Shown here: positions 10,601 to 22,354 of the stretch, piece by piece
Layout: each line of letters starts with the position of its first letter
Position numbering within the stretch: the stretch's first letter is position 1
Assembly (NCBI GenBank): GCA_965240325.2
Contig: OZ251231.1
Coordinates: 2,170,001-2,234,000, forward strand
Source: Rebecca billardiae RCC1528
Taxonomy: Eukaryota > Protista > Haptophyta
DNA: 64,000 bases
Direction: 5' to 3'
Made by a program: the position numbers and the translations under genes
The notes under the pieces: generated by a model
What the model was told of the DNA's origin: nothing
The model's input: the letters and a program-made list of their open reading frames with translations, nothing else
The model's database searches: none

Positions 10601-13600
10601 GCGTGCGCACGCTCGGCCGGCCGCCGCCCGAGCCGGCCGGCGAGGGCGAGCGCCGCAGCCGCTCCTGCGCGGCGAGCCAGCCGATCAGGTCGCAGTGCTG
10701 CGCGGCGGCGGGCAGCACGGACGCCTGGCCGTGCTCGATCGCGGAGAGCTCCGTCGCGGCCACCATCGTCATCGCCGCCGCCTTCTTGCCCGCCGCCGCC
10801 GCGGCCTCGGCGAACAGCGCGTCATCCGTCTTCTCGTGGCGGCTCGCCGCCTCCGAGCGGCCCACCACGCCCTCGACGGCGCGGATGTGCTTGGCGTGCA
10901 GCTCGCGCTCGACCGCGCAGTCCGGCATCTCGACGCCGCCCGACAGCCGGTGCAGCAGCGCGAGCAGCACGTCGGAGTAGTGCACCCAGCCCGGCATGTC
11001 GGGCGGCGCCTCCTTGCCGAGGCCGAGCGCGGACGCGCCGCCGCCCGCGCCGTGCCCGGGCGAGCAGAGGGCGGCGATGCGCCCGGCGCTCGGCGCGTCG
11101 GAGGCGGCGGCGGCGCCGCCGAGCGCGGGCAGCAGGTGCGCCCACGCCGCCTCCTCCTCGTGGTCCGGCACCTCGATCGTCGCGCTGCCCACCTCCACGT
11201 CGGCAGAGTCCACGATCCGGTACTCGTACTGAGAGCCGCGCTCGGCGCTGCCGTCCGTCCACGCGTACGAGCCGCCCGCCGGCCCCTTGGAGCGGAGCGG
11301 GTAGAGCGGCGCGCGCGCGTCGGGCGCGGGCTGAGCCGAGCGGCTCGCCACGCGCGCGAGCAGCACGCTCGTCGACGTCGTCGAGTCGGTCGACTCGGCG
11401 CGCGCGGTGGGCGGCGGGCGCGCGCCCTCGCCCTCGGCGTCGGCGCGCCCACCAGCGGCGCCGCGGCCGTCGGCCGGTCCGGCCGGCGGCTCCACCGCCG
11501 TCTCCCAGTCTGCGATGGGCACGAACGCGCCCGCCTGCTCCTCCTCCAGGCGCTCGCGCTCGGCGGCGAGCTGGGCGGCGCGCTCGGCGGCGAGCGCGTC
11601 CGAGACGAGCGAGCCCATCGTCGCCGTCTTCTGCAGCGCGCCGCGCTTGGCGGCGCGCCAGCCGAGTGGGCGCGCGCTGCCGCGGCGCGGCGCGGGCGAG
11701 CGCGCCGCCTGCGACACGCGCACCGCCGCCACCACCTTCCCGCCGGCCGCCCGGAGGCGCGTGGCGCCGCGCGGCGTCGTGGGCGCGAGCGAGCCGCGGC
11801 GCGAGAGCGGCGAGCCCGGCCCCGACGGCGCGAGCCACGCTATCGACGACGCGCGCGAGACCGCCGGCGGCTCTCGGCCGCCGCCGCCGCCGTCGTCGGC
11901 GGCCGAGTGCACCAGCCGCCTCTCCACGCAGAAGCCGAGGTTTCCCTCGGGCTCCGCGCGCAGGAAGAAGGAGAGGGCGACAGCGGTCACGCGCCCGTCG
12001 GCGTCGCGCGCCGGCCGCGCGCGCACCGTCGCGCCGCTCGGGTGGTACACCGGCGTGCGCAGCTCCTGCACGAAGCGCAGCCCCGCCGCGTGCCCCGCGC
12101 CCGCCGGCAGGCCGAGCGGGGGCCCCAGCTCGCGCAGCACGGCCTCGAGCTTGTCCGCGCGCACGCGCTTGGCTCCGTTGCGGTCGAAGCGCGCCCAGAC
12201 GCGCTTGAAGCGCTCGATGTGCGCGTCGCGCTCGCGCTCGTGCCGCTGCTCCTCGAAGTGCTCGAGCACCACCGCCACGCAGATGTTGAGCACGACCATC
12301 GAGACGAGCAGCTGGAAGCTCAGCCAGTAGAGCACCGCCTGCCCCGGGCTGCCGCACTCGCGCGCGGCCGCTGAGCACGGCTCCTCGTAGTCCGAGTCCG
12401 GGAGCTGCATGAGCTCGTGCATGATGGCGTTCCACGACTCGCCGGTCGCGGAGGTGAAGAGCGTGAGGTACGCGCTCGAGAAGGTGCGGAAGCTCGAGCC
12501 GCCCTCGCCGAGGAACTCCTGCGGCTTCACCCGCCAGAACAGGACCGCCCCCATCGCCGCGTACACATACAGGATGATGCCGAGCACGCCCAGCACGTTG
12601 CTCACCATCGGCAGCGCGGAGGTGAGCTTGAAGAGCATGCGCGACATGGTGGTGAGCGAGAGCAGGCGCAGCACGCGCAGCCCCCGGCCGAAGCGCAGCA
12701 CGGTGATCAGCACGTCCTTCTGCGCCATCGGGATGCCCGCGTCGAACCAGTGCAGCAGCAGGTCGAAGCAGCACACCGCGGTGAGCGCGCAGTCGAAGCG
12801 GTTCCACGCCGAGCGCAGGAACACGCCCACGCCGCGCAGGCCGGCGACCTTGACGAGCGCGTCGAGCGCGAAGAGCCCGGTCAGCCAGTCCTGCAGCAGG
12901 TCGATCGTGCGCTCGAACTCGGCGTCGAGCGGCCCGCCGTCCGTGCGCAGCCCGTGCAGCGCGCACGTGACCGCCGTGCAGCACGCGAGCACGACCGGCG
13001 CGTAAAAGTTGCCCGCGGCCGAGGTGGCCCACCAGTGGGCCTTGGCGCGGACGAGGCCGGGCGGGCGCGGCGGCGCGGGCTCGGGCACGTCGACCAGCGC
13101 GCGCTGCCGCGCCTGCACCCACGCCTTCTGCTCCGGCGTCATCAGCCACTCGCCCGACTGCTGCGCCTTGAGCTTGTTGAACGTGTCGACCACCGCGCCC
13201 ACCAGAGACTCGAGCACGTAGAAGCCGCCCATGATGACCCACGAGATGGTGAAGAGCGCGTACGACGGGTGCGCGTCGCGCTCGGGCGCGTGGTCCACCG
13301 CGCGCGCGTCCATCGTCAGCGTCAGCATGTCCGGCCACCCCTCCTGCCGCCCCACCTCGAACACCGCCAGCAGCGCGCGCGGGAACGTGTCGAAGGAGCC
13401 GACGTTTGACTGCGCCCATACATGTCCTGCGGCCTCGCACGCGGCGCGCGTGTCGTACGCGCGCTCGACGCACGACGAGGTGCGCCCGCCGAAGAGCTGC
13501 ATCCCCGCCACCGCGTACACCGCCATGAACACCGTCGAGACCGCGAGCACGTTGGCGACCGAAGGCACCGACTTGATCAACGTGTCGACCACGACGCGCA

Positions 13601-16600
13601 TCCCGCGGAAGCGCTTGAGCAGCCGCAGCGGCCGGAGCGCGCGCAGCGCGCGCAGGCCGTGCAGGTACTGCGAGGAGGTGGAGAAGAGCGAGCACGCCGC
13701 CGCGAGCACCACAAGCATGTCCACCAGCTCCCACGCGCGCAGCTCCCACCGCCCGCGCTCGGACGCGTCCGCGAGGCGCTCGGCGCGCTGCCGCTCAAGC
13801 GCCCTGGCCGCCCGCGCACCCGCCGCCGCCCTCGCCGCCGCCGGGTCGGCGCCGAGCGCGGAGGCGGGCGCGCCCGGCTCCCCCTCGTCCTCGGCCCCGT
13901 CCGACTCGGCCCCGTCCGACTCGGCCCCCTCCTCCGCCGCGGCCGGCGCGAGCGCGGGCACGACGGCGGAGGGGTGCGCGGGCGCGAGCAGCAGCGCGTC
14001 CGCGCTCGAGCCCGCCACGTACACCGTGAGGTACGACGAGCCGTGCGAACACCAGAACGTCTGGGCGAGGCCTCGGAGGAGGAGCTCGAGGATGAAGACG
14101 CAGGTGAGCGTGCGGTTGAGCAGCTCGAGGAACACCTGCGACACCGACGCGGCCTCGCCGCGCATCAGCGCCGCCTGCTCCGCCGGGTCCTCGAGCGCGA
14201 GAGTCGCGGCCGCAAACAGGATCAGCGCCTTCACGACGATCTCGAACACCGGCTCGGCGGAGTGCAGCTGGGTCTCCTCGGCGAGCAGCCGGTTGGCCGA
14301 GCCCGCGCGGTACGGCGTGTGCGGCCCGGGCACGCCGAGCAGCGCGCGCAGCGCGTTGCGCACCCCCGAGTGCGGCGGCAGCACGAAGAATGCGTAGTCT
14401 GCGCGCGCGGCGGCGACGGTGCGCGGCAGCACGAGCGCGCGCCGCACCAGCAGGTTGAGCGCGCCGCGGCTGAGCCGGCCGAGAGCGCGCGTGAGCATGG
14501 CGTCGTCGAGGTCGGCGCGCGGCGGCGCGGGCGTCGCGGCCTCGCCGCGCCCGCCGCCGCTCGCGCCCCCCGCCGCCGCGGCCGGCGCGGCGGCGTTGGC
14601 GCTGTGCTCTGCGTCTCTGCGCGCGCGCGCGGCCGCGCCGCTCTTGCGCATGCGCTCCGCGGCGACGACGGTGTCGGAGGTGCGCTTCCAGCCGCGCCGC
14701 GCGTCGGCGCGCGGCGCGTCGGCGCCCTCGGCCTCGCCCTTCTTCCCACCGCCGGCCTCGCCCACGCTCTCCTCGGCGGCGGCGGCGGCGACGACGCGCG
14801 CCGGCCTGCCCGCGTCCGCGTCCGCCGCCGCCGCCTCCTCCTCCTCCTCCTCGTCCTCCCCGGAGTCGAAGTTGTCGAGCAGGATGGCGAGGAAGAGGTT
14901 GAGGATGATGAAGTTGCCGATGAGCACGAGCGAGCAGAAGTACACCACCGCCACGCGCTGCTTGAGCAGCGTCGGCGCCGCCACCACGAACGCCTCCATC
15001 ACGTCGTTCCAGTTCTCGCCCGAGATGACGACAAAGACAGTGATCAGCCCCATGTGGAAGGACTCGAAGTGGAGCCGCGGCTTCTCGTCGGGCTCGGGGC
15101 CGGGCGCGGCGTCGGCCGCGCCGCCCAGCGTCGCGTTCGCCAGCGCCGCGAGCGCTCGCGCCGCGCCGCCGCCGCCGCCGCCGCCGTCCGCGTCTTCTGG
15201 CGGCAGCCACTCGGCGCCGTCGCCCGCGGCCGTGCCGAGGAACGCGCCCCCAAGGATCTGCATGCCGACGGTGGCGTACATGAACATCATGATGGCGAGG
15301 AGGACGAGGAGCCACTGGATGTCGTCGAGCGAGCGGCTCATCGTCTCGAAGATCCCCGCGAGCCCCTTCCAGTTCTTGGCGAGCTTGAAGATGCGCATCA
15401 GCCGCAGCGTGCGCAGGAAGGAGAGCTGCGGAGGCAGGTCGATGCCCAGAGCCGAGTGCAGCAGCGCGTCGAGCGAGCGCTCGGCGAGGGACATGAGCAC
15501 GACGAAGAGGTCGAAGCACGCGTACTTGTCCCACCGCCGCGTCTCCGCGTCGCGCACGTACTGCGCCGGCCCGAGCGCCGCCATCTTGAGCAGCACCTCG
15601 ACGGTGAAGAGCAGCGTGAAGCCGAGGTCGGACGCGTCGAGAAGGTTCTCAAACCATTCCGAGATGCCGTACTCGCGGCGGGTCATGAGGACGAGGTTGG
15701 CGATCACCGCGCACATCACGAAGATCTCGATCGCCGGCCGCGCGCGCCACCGCTCCGCCGCCTCCTCGTCCTCCGCCGCCGCCGAGAGCAGCAGCAGCAC
15801 GTCGTCCGCGTCCGCGCCCGCGCGCGCGTCGTCGTCGGCCGCCGCCTGCGCGCTCTGCAGCAGCTCGCCGCCGGCCGGCCCGCCGTCGAGCTCGCGCGAC
15901 ATCTCGGTGTCGACGAGGCCGCGGTACTGCGCCTGCGCCTGCTGCAGCAGCAGCCGCTCGCGCCTCGGCGTGCGGCACACGTACAGCAGCCGGAACAGCC
16001 GCATGCGCCAGCCCGCGCCCGAGGCGGGCGGCACGAACGAGCGCGTCGCGGGCGCGCCGCCGCGCGCGCGCGCGTCGCCGCCGCCCTCCTCGTCCTCGTC
16101 GGCGCTGGACGAGCAGAACGCGTCGTGGATCACGCCGAGGAAGAGCTGCACGATCAGGAACCCGCCGATCAGGTTGAGCGGCACGAAGTACAGGCACGCG
16201 AGCCACGAGGTGCCGTCCATCAGCTCGTACATCACGTCGGACCAGCCCTCCATCGTGATGCACGTGAACACAGTCACGGTCGACCAGAAGTACGAGTCGA
16301 ACGAGTTGAGGCCGATGTAACGGCCCTCGCCCTCGGTCGCGCGGACGCACGGGCCCGTGCCCGCCGCGCACGCCTCGCCGCCCACGCCCAGCGCCGCGTC
16401 CGCCAGCGCGCACGCCTCCCCGCTCTCGAGGCAGGCGCTCGGCTTCTTGTCGCAGAAGAGCTGAAGCCCGATGATGGCAAACGCGTTGATCACAAACACG
16501 GTCAGCAGGAGCACGGTGGACATCTGTGGCACCGCCGCCCACAGCCGCTCGATCAGCCGGTTCAGACCGGGCGAGAGCTGCGCGCCGGACGCGGCGGCGG

Positions 16601-17430
16601 CGCGCGCGGAGGCGCAGCGACGGCCGAGGCCCGCGCACGCAAGAACGGGTCAGCGCGCGCGCTCGCGCGGCCGCGCGGCCGCAGGCCCGCGGGGGGGCGC
16701 GCGGGGCGTGTGGGGCGGGAGCTCGGCGCGCAGCGGCGCGGCGCGGGCGCACCCGTGCGAACTTGAGCACGCGCACCGCGCGAATGGCGCGCAGCACGCC
16801 CGCGTTCGACGCCCTGCGCACGCGCGCGCGCAGAGGCGGAGAAGCGCGACTCTGAGCGGCGCGGCACCGCCGGCGCACGGCACGGCGCGGCACGCGGTTG
16901 GGGTGGGGGCGGGGCGGGGGGTCGCGCGCCACTCACGCGTGCGAGAAGTAGGGGAGCCAGCCACCGATCACGATGGTCAGGTCCAGCCAGCCCCAGAGAT
17001 CGTTCAGCACCGCGTCTCGCGGCACGATCAGTCCGCACGCGATCACGTACAGCACGAGCTCGACCGTGAACACCACGTTGAAGAGCAGCTCGAGCACGGA
17101 CTGCGGGTCGTACGGCGCCGCGGGGTTGTACGAGGCGAGGTGTACGGCGTTGAGGCCGATGCAGACCATGATCGCGTACTCAAAGTACGACGGCAGGTCC
17201 GGGTCGGACGAGCCGTAGTCGATCATCTCGATCACGGCGCGCCGCAGCGGGTTGGTCGGATCGAGCAGGACGCACGAGTGGCCGTAGTACTTGATGCCCC
17301 GCTTGCTCCGGTAGACGTTGACATCTGCGCTCCCGTCGTCCTCCTCCTCCGACTCGTCGTCCCCCACCGGCCACGCACCCGGCGCGTGCCTTTTCTCCGG
17401 CATGCGCACGTACGCAGGCGGAGACGCCAT
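7686..17430 (-). CDS. Four-domain voltage-gated Ca2+ channel alpha subunit (EEEE filter) with a long C-terminal TPR/IQ/Kelch extension; exons 17430-16937, 16813-16753, 16577-7686 (about 3148 aa)
   Basis: Four S4 segments (e.g. LRAIRAVRVLK, LRTLRLMRIFK, LRALRALRPLRLLKR). Pore loops TMEGW, SGENW, RQEGW, TGESW. EF-hand/GPHH region RFKRVWARFD...LGPPLG. Canonical splice sites join all exons in frame. Confidence 0.92.
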
Positions 17431-17648
17431 CGTTCAAGTTTTCGGCGGCGCGATCGTTCAGTCGTCCACCGGCAAGTCGAACCAGCACCCTGACCCGGAC
17501 TCGTGTCACGTGTGCTGGCGGGATTGGGAGAGACGAAGAGACGATATCGACGACGTCTGCGGAGCGTCACAATATTAATGCGACGACAGCTATGTGGCCG
17601 GATACAACCAGCGGCTCCTAGTCAGGCTGTCCCGCCCAGCCCTCTCGC

Positions 17649-18656
17649 TCAGACGCCAGCCGCCAGCCGCACGGCCGCGCGCCCGAGCGCCGCGAGCGCG
17701 GCGAGCGCAACGGCGGCAAAGAGGGCGGCGCGCTGAGGTTCGTTGCGTACGAGGTGGAGCGCGTAGTTGCGGTGCACGACGGTGGAGACGTTGAGCCCGA
17801 CCGCGCGCAGCTGCTTGCGCATGTCCTGCCCGCCGACCGCGTGCAGCACGCACGGCGTGGCCCCCGTGCGCGCGCACGCCCAGCGGCCGTCCGCGGTCAG
17901 CCTCAGACCGAGCGCCGTGCCCGGCCGCAGCGTCCGCCCCGCGTTGTAGAAGAGCTCGCCGCGCGTGTCGAGCGCGACGCCGGGCGCGGTGGAGAAGAAG
18001 CCCGTCTCGCAGCAGATCCGCGTGAACGCGAGCTGGTCGTCGCGCTCGTGCGCGTACGCCGTCGAGTAGAGCTCGAGCAGCTCGAGCAGCGCGCCCGCTG
18101 CGCCCATGTACCCGCCCGCGTTGAGGTTCTCGCCGCAGCAGCGGCCGTACCACACGCCGAGGGCGGGCCTGTCGATGCGCGCGCGCTCGGCCACGCCGAA
18201 GACGATCGGCGCGCCGAACGCCGCGAAGCGCTCGCGCAGCGTGCGCGCGTCCGCAAGCAGCGCCACGTCGAACGCGTCCACGACGACGACGAGCTCGTCG
18301 GCAGCGAGCGTGCGCAGGTGCGCGGCGAGCGTCTGCGCGCGCCATGCCCAGCCGCCCCATCGCGCGCCGTAGCCGAGCACGCTGAGCTCGACGCCGCCCC
18401 GCGAGCAGCTCTCGCGCAGCACGTCGAGGTATCCCGCCGAGTGCGTCGCGACTGTGCACACCGACAGGCGCGGCTCGGGAGGGATCGCCGAGACTGTGCG
18501 CGCGCGGAGGCGACGGGCTGGACGGCGCACGTGCGCCGCAATGAGTGGGTGCCCCACCTGCGGCCGAATGGCTCCGGCATGCGCACGGCCCAACACGCCA
18601 CTCGCCATGGCAAGTGTGGCCGCCACGAGCGCGAGCGCGGATCGCATCGCCGCCAT
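17649..18656 (-). CDS. PLOD-type (procollagen galactosyltransferase/LH3 GT domain-like) glycosyltransferase
   Basis: Motifs TVATH, VLGYGARWGG, VVVVDAFDV, PIVFGVAER, LNAGGYMG, DDQLAF, LDTRGELF, PCVLHA; N-terminal signal and C-terminal TM. Confidence 0.8.
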   Translation of the reverse strand: MAAMRSALALVAATLAMASGVLGRAHAGAIRPQVGHPLIAAHVRRPARRLRARTVSAIPPEPRLSVCTVATHSAGYLDVLRESCSRGGVELSVLGYGARWGGWAWRAQTLAAHLRTLAADELVVVVDAFDVALLADARTLRERFAAFGAPIVFGVAERARIDRPALGVWYGRCCGENLNAGGYMGAAGALLELLELYSTAYAHERDDQLAFTRICCETGFFSTAPGVALDTRGELFYNAGRTLRPGTALGLRLTADGRWACARTGATPCVLHAVGGQDMRKQLRAVGLNVSTVVHRNYALHLVRNEPQRAALFAAVALAALAALGRAAVRLAAGV

Positions 18657-18848
18657 CGTGTTCGTGACCGGCCGGTGAAGGCTGAAGGCCGTGACGCCCT
18701 TCGTTCGTGCGTGGCCTCGTCGGGACTTGACATTCGCGGAGGTGCAGCGGGGGCGAAGACAGCCGCGGCCGCTTCTGTCACGCCGCGGCAGCCAGCCCGC
18801 TCCCTTCCACTCGAGCAGGCGGCCCTGTGCCCGCCGTGGCCGCCCCGG

Positions 18849-20624
18849 ATGAAGGCGGAGCGGTTGACAGCGCTCGCGGCCGCGGCCGGAGCGTTTGCAC
18901 TCCTCACGTTTGTGGGCGCGCTGCTCTTCAGGCAGTACCTCCGTCCGCCGCCGGCCGTGCCGCAGCTGCGGCACCTCACGCTGCTCTGGGCGAGTGACAT
19001 GCACGTCTCGCCCTTCTACAACGCCAGCCTCGGCCCGCCGTGCATGTGCATGGACTACCGGCCGTACGGCTGCGAGCACGGCGCGGACGACGGGCTCTTC
19101 CCGTACCCGTTCGACCGCGGCGCGTGCGCGGCGGCGTCCGCCGGCGGCGCGTGGGGCCAGCCCAGCTGCGACCCCCCCGCCGCGCTCGCGTACGACGCGA
19201 TGCGCGACATGGCGCGTGCGTTCCCCGACGCGCACGCGGTGCTTGTGACGGGCGACTGGGTCGGGCATGAGGTGTGTCTCATGCCCACGGACGAGCCGGT
19301 GGGCGAGGCGCTGCGCGTGCTCGGCGCGCTGAGCGGGCGGCTGGCGAAGACGCTCGGCGGCGCGCGCGTCGTGCACGCCCACCCGCTCCTCGCCTCGCAC
19401 GCGCTGGGCAACGAGGACGTCGTCCCGGACTACTTTGAACCCGGCGTGAGCGACGGGCCGCGCGCGCGGCCGCTGCCCTATTTGGAGGCGGTGGCGAGCG
19501 TGCTGCAGCCCGCGCTGCCGGAGGCGGAGCGCGCGCGCTTCGTGCGCGGCGGCGGCGTGCGGTACGAGCTGCTCCCTGGCCGCGGTGGCCTCGAGCTCCT
19601 CGCCCTGAACACGCTGATCTACTCGCCCGAGCACCAGAGCAGGTTTCAAAGCGGCGCGGCGGAGGGTGCCGCCGCGCCCGCGCCCGCCGACCCGTTCGGC
19701 CAGCTGGCGTGGCTGGACGCGGAGCTTGGGCGCATCGGGCGCGAGGGGAAGACGGCGCTCGTGTGCGGGCACATCCCGCCCGCCGTCGACCACTGGTCCT
19801 TCCGCCTCGAGTGGGAGCCCGCGTACGCGGAGCGGTACCTGCGCGTGCTCGCGCGGCACGGCAGCACGGTGGGCGCGCAGCTGTTTGGCCACGTGCACCA
19901 GGGCTTGTACAGGGGGTGGCCGCGCGCGCCGCCCGGCGCGGGCGGCGAAGGGGCGGAGGCGTGGCCGTCGGACGGCCCGCCGATGCTCGTCACCGGCGCG
20001 CTCTCGCCCGGCTTTGGCAACAGGCCCGTCTACCGCGCGCTCAGCCTGGAGGAGGCACCGCCGGCCGAGTCGGGCGGGGCCGAGCCGGCCGAGCCGGCCG
20101 AGTGGCGGCCGCGCTGGCGGCCGAGCGACTTCCGGGTGCGCGCCGCGACGCTCCAGCCGGAGGTGGGGCCGGCGTGGCGCGAGCTGTACGCCGCGCAGCA
20201 ACGGTACGCGCCGTTCGACGTGCTGACGAGCGCGGGCCTGCGCCGCTTCGCCGCCGCGCTGCTCTCCAACGAGACGCTGTGGCGCATGTACAGCGTCGAC
20301 CGGTTTGGCGGCGTCGTCCCGAAGCCGCCGGGCCGCAGCAGGCCGCCGGGCACGAGCGAGCCGGACTTTCGCGTGAGGGTGGCGTGCGGCGTCACCGACG
20401 GCATGAGTACGGCGGCCTTCGATGCGTGCATCGCGCGGCACGCGGCAGAAGCGGATGAGGCCAAGGCACGCTCTACGCCACCCGCCGCTGCGCCAGCTGG
20501 TGCGGCAGCAGCCGACGATGCTGCTACAGCATCAGCCCCGTTGCCACCGGCAGCCATCGGCGGCATGCCTGTGCCGCGCGCGGGCTCGCGCCCGATCGGC
20601 CGGACATGGCACTGGTCCAAGTGA
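18849..20624 (+). CDS. Acid sphingomyelinase-like (SMPDL3-type) metallophosphoesterase
   Basis: Motifs SDMH, WGQPSCDPP, VLVTGDWVGH, LGNED, DPFGQLAWL, GHIPP, FGHVH, ALSPGFGNRPVYR; N-terminal TM anchor. Confidence 0.85.
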   Translation: MKAERLTALAAAAGAFALLTFVGALLFRQYLRPPPAVPQLRHLTLLWASDMHVSPFYNASLGPPCMCMDYRPYGCEHGADDGLFPYPFDRGACAAASAGGAWGQPSCDPPAALAYDAMRDMARAFPDAHAVLVTGDWVGHEVCLMPTDEPVGEALRVLGALSGRLAKTLGGARVVHAHPLLASHALGNEDVVPDYFEPGVSDGPRARPLPYLEAVASVLQPALPEAERARFVRGGGVRYELLPGRGGLELLALNTLIYSPEHQSRFQSGAAEGAAAPAPADPFGQLAWLDAELGRIGREGKTALVCGHIPPAVDHWSFRLEWEPAYAERYLRVLARHGSTVGAQLFGHVHQGLYRGWPRAPPGAGGEGAEAWPSDGPPMLVTGALSPGFGNRPVYRALSLEEAPPAESGGAEPAEPAEWRPRWRPSDFRVRAATLQPEVGPAWRELYAAQQRYAPFDVLTSAGLRRFAAALLSNETLWRMYSVDRFGGVVPKPPGRSRPPGTSEPDFRVRVACGVTDGMSTAAFDACIARHAAEADEAKARSTPPAAAPAGAAAADDAATASAPLPPAAIGGMPVPRAGSRPIGRTWHWSK

Positions 20625-21332
20625 CGACGGCGGCGCATCATCACACAGCAGGCAGTCTATGTTAAGTAGTACTACAGCCGTACGACCGTGTCACCGTGCG
20701 ACTAGCGCTGCGCTGCTACTGTCACTGACAATGCGTTATGATGTACGGCGCGGCAGAAGTGGCGCGGTCGTGACCGCTCGGGACGTGTCATACTACGTCT
20801 GTAAATATAACGCGCGTCGTCTATATCGTCATCCGAACTACGCCAATACGATCGATTACGGTCGCTCAGCACTCGCTGTGTTCAACGTCATCGTACTACG
20901 ACGTCGTTATTTAGTATATTTACTCATCACGCTCGTAGTCTGATCTTCAGCAGTCGATCGTCGTCATCGTAGTCTGATAGTGATAGTGATGCGATACTGC
21001 TCATGCGGACTCACGAGACCGAGTCACGAGTGACACGACGACGACGCTCATCAGTCATCAGATCACGATTCGAATCATCACGATTATATACGATTAGCAG
21101 CTGCTCAGTCAGCACATGAGCACGTCGTCCGTACGACTCATCAGTCACTCAGTCAGACTCATCGTCACTCGAGTCAGTGGACTGACATATATAGCAGTTA
21201 GGTGACGGACAATTCCGACTAAGCTGTAGCAGTCTGCAGTCTGAGTAGTCATCATCATCAGATCAGAGATCTCGAGTGTCGTCACGCGCGCCGTTTATAC
21301 GATGACTGGCCACTGGCACTGCGGCACTGCGC

Positions 21333-22354
21333 TACTGTGTGACTTCCGTTACCAGTGCAGCATGTCCTGTCCTAAGGCCGGGCGACCGCCCGCTGTCCGA
21401 AGTCCGGAGGGGACTCTGGTCCCGTGATGCGCGCCGACTACTACTGAAATAATGACTGATGAAGCACCAGCGGGGCCGCCCGCCTGCCCACGCCGAGCAT
21501 CGGCACTGGCATTGACCATTGGATCCGGCGGCCTCGTCCGTCACTGTGACTGAGTGTCTGAGTCGTCGAGGCTCGATCTGCTGCCGTCCCGGACCGACTA
21601 TTGTCGCGTAGTATCTGCTGTAGTGATCACTCGATCGCTCGGCCGGCTCGGCTCGTGCTGCTAGAACTGTACTGAGCGATCATCAACTCTAGATCTAAGT
21701 ATTAGGCAGAAGTATGCCCCGCGGCCGCGGTGCCGGTGTCCAACGGTGCCTACGCCCGACGGGCGGCGGTGACCCGCGCGGTGGTACTGTGTGACTTCCG
21801 TATAACCAGTGCAGCATGTCCTGTCCTAAGGCTGGGCGACCGCCCGCTGTCCGAAGTCCGGGCGTCAGGGGACTCTGGTCCCGTGAATCGTGATGCGCGC
21901 CGACTACTACTGAAATAATATGACTGATGAAGCACCAGCGGGGCCGCCCGCCTGCCCACGCCGAGCATCGGCACGCACTGGCATTGACCATTGGATCCGG
22001 CGGCCTCGTCCGTCACTGCATGACTGAGTGTCTGAGTCGTCGAGGCTCGATCTGCTCACTGCGTCTGCTGCCGTCCTGTCTTATAGGAGATTAGAGTTAG
22101 GCGAGTGTGTACCTGAGCAGATCAGCATCAGTATAGTCGCGTAGCTAGTATATATATTTATAATCTGCATGCTGTACAGTGACGAGGATCAAGCTCGATC
22201 GCTCGTCGGCCGGCTCGGCTCGTGCTGCTAGAACTGTACTGAGCTCTCATCAGCTGTAGTAGATCTAAGTATTAAGCAGAAGTATGCCCCGCGGCCGCGG
22301 TGCCGGTGTCCGACGGTGCCTACGCCCGACGGGCGGCGGTGACCCGCGCGGTGG
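21333..22354. repeat. Imperfect tandem duplication (units 21333-21784 and 21785-22354) covering the last codons and 3' flank of ALG12
   Basis: The two copies align along their length and differ mostly by short insertions in the second unit. Confidence 0.9.

Noticed and set aside
7425-20441. Many long overlapping or antisense ORFs (e.g. 13422-16766, 10822-13749, and the extension of 17649-20441)
   Set aside because: Arg/Ala/Gly-rich shadow frames expected at this GC content, overlapping clearly identifiable genes.
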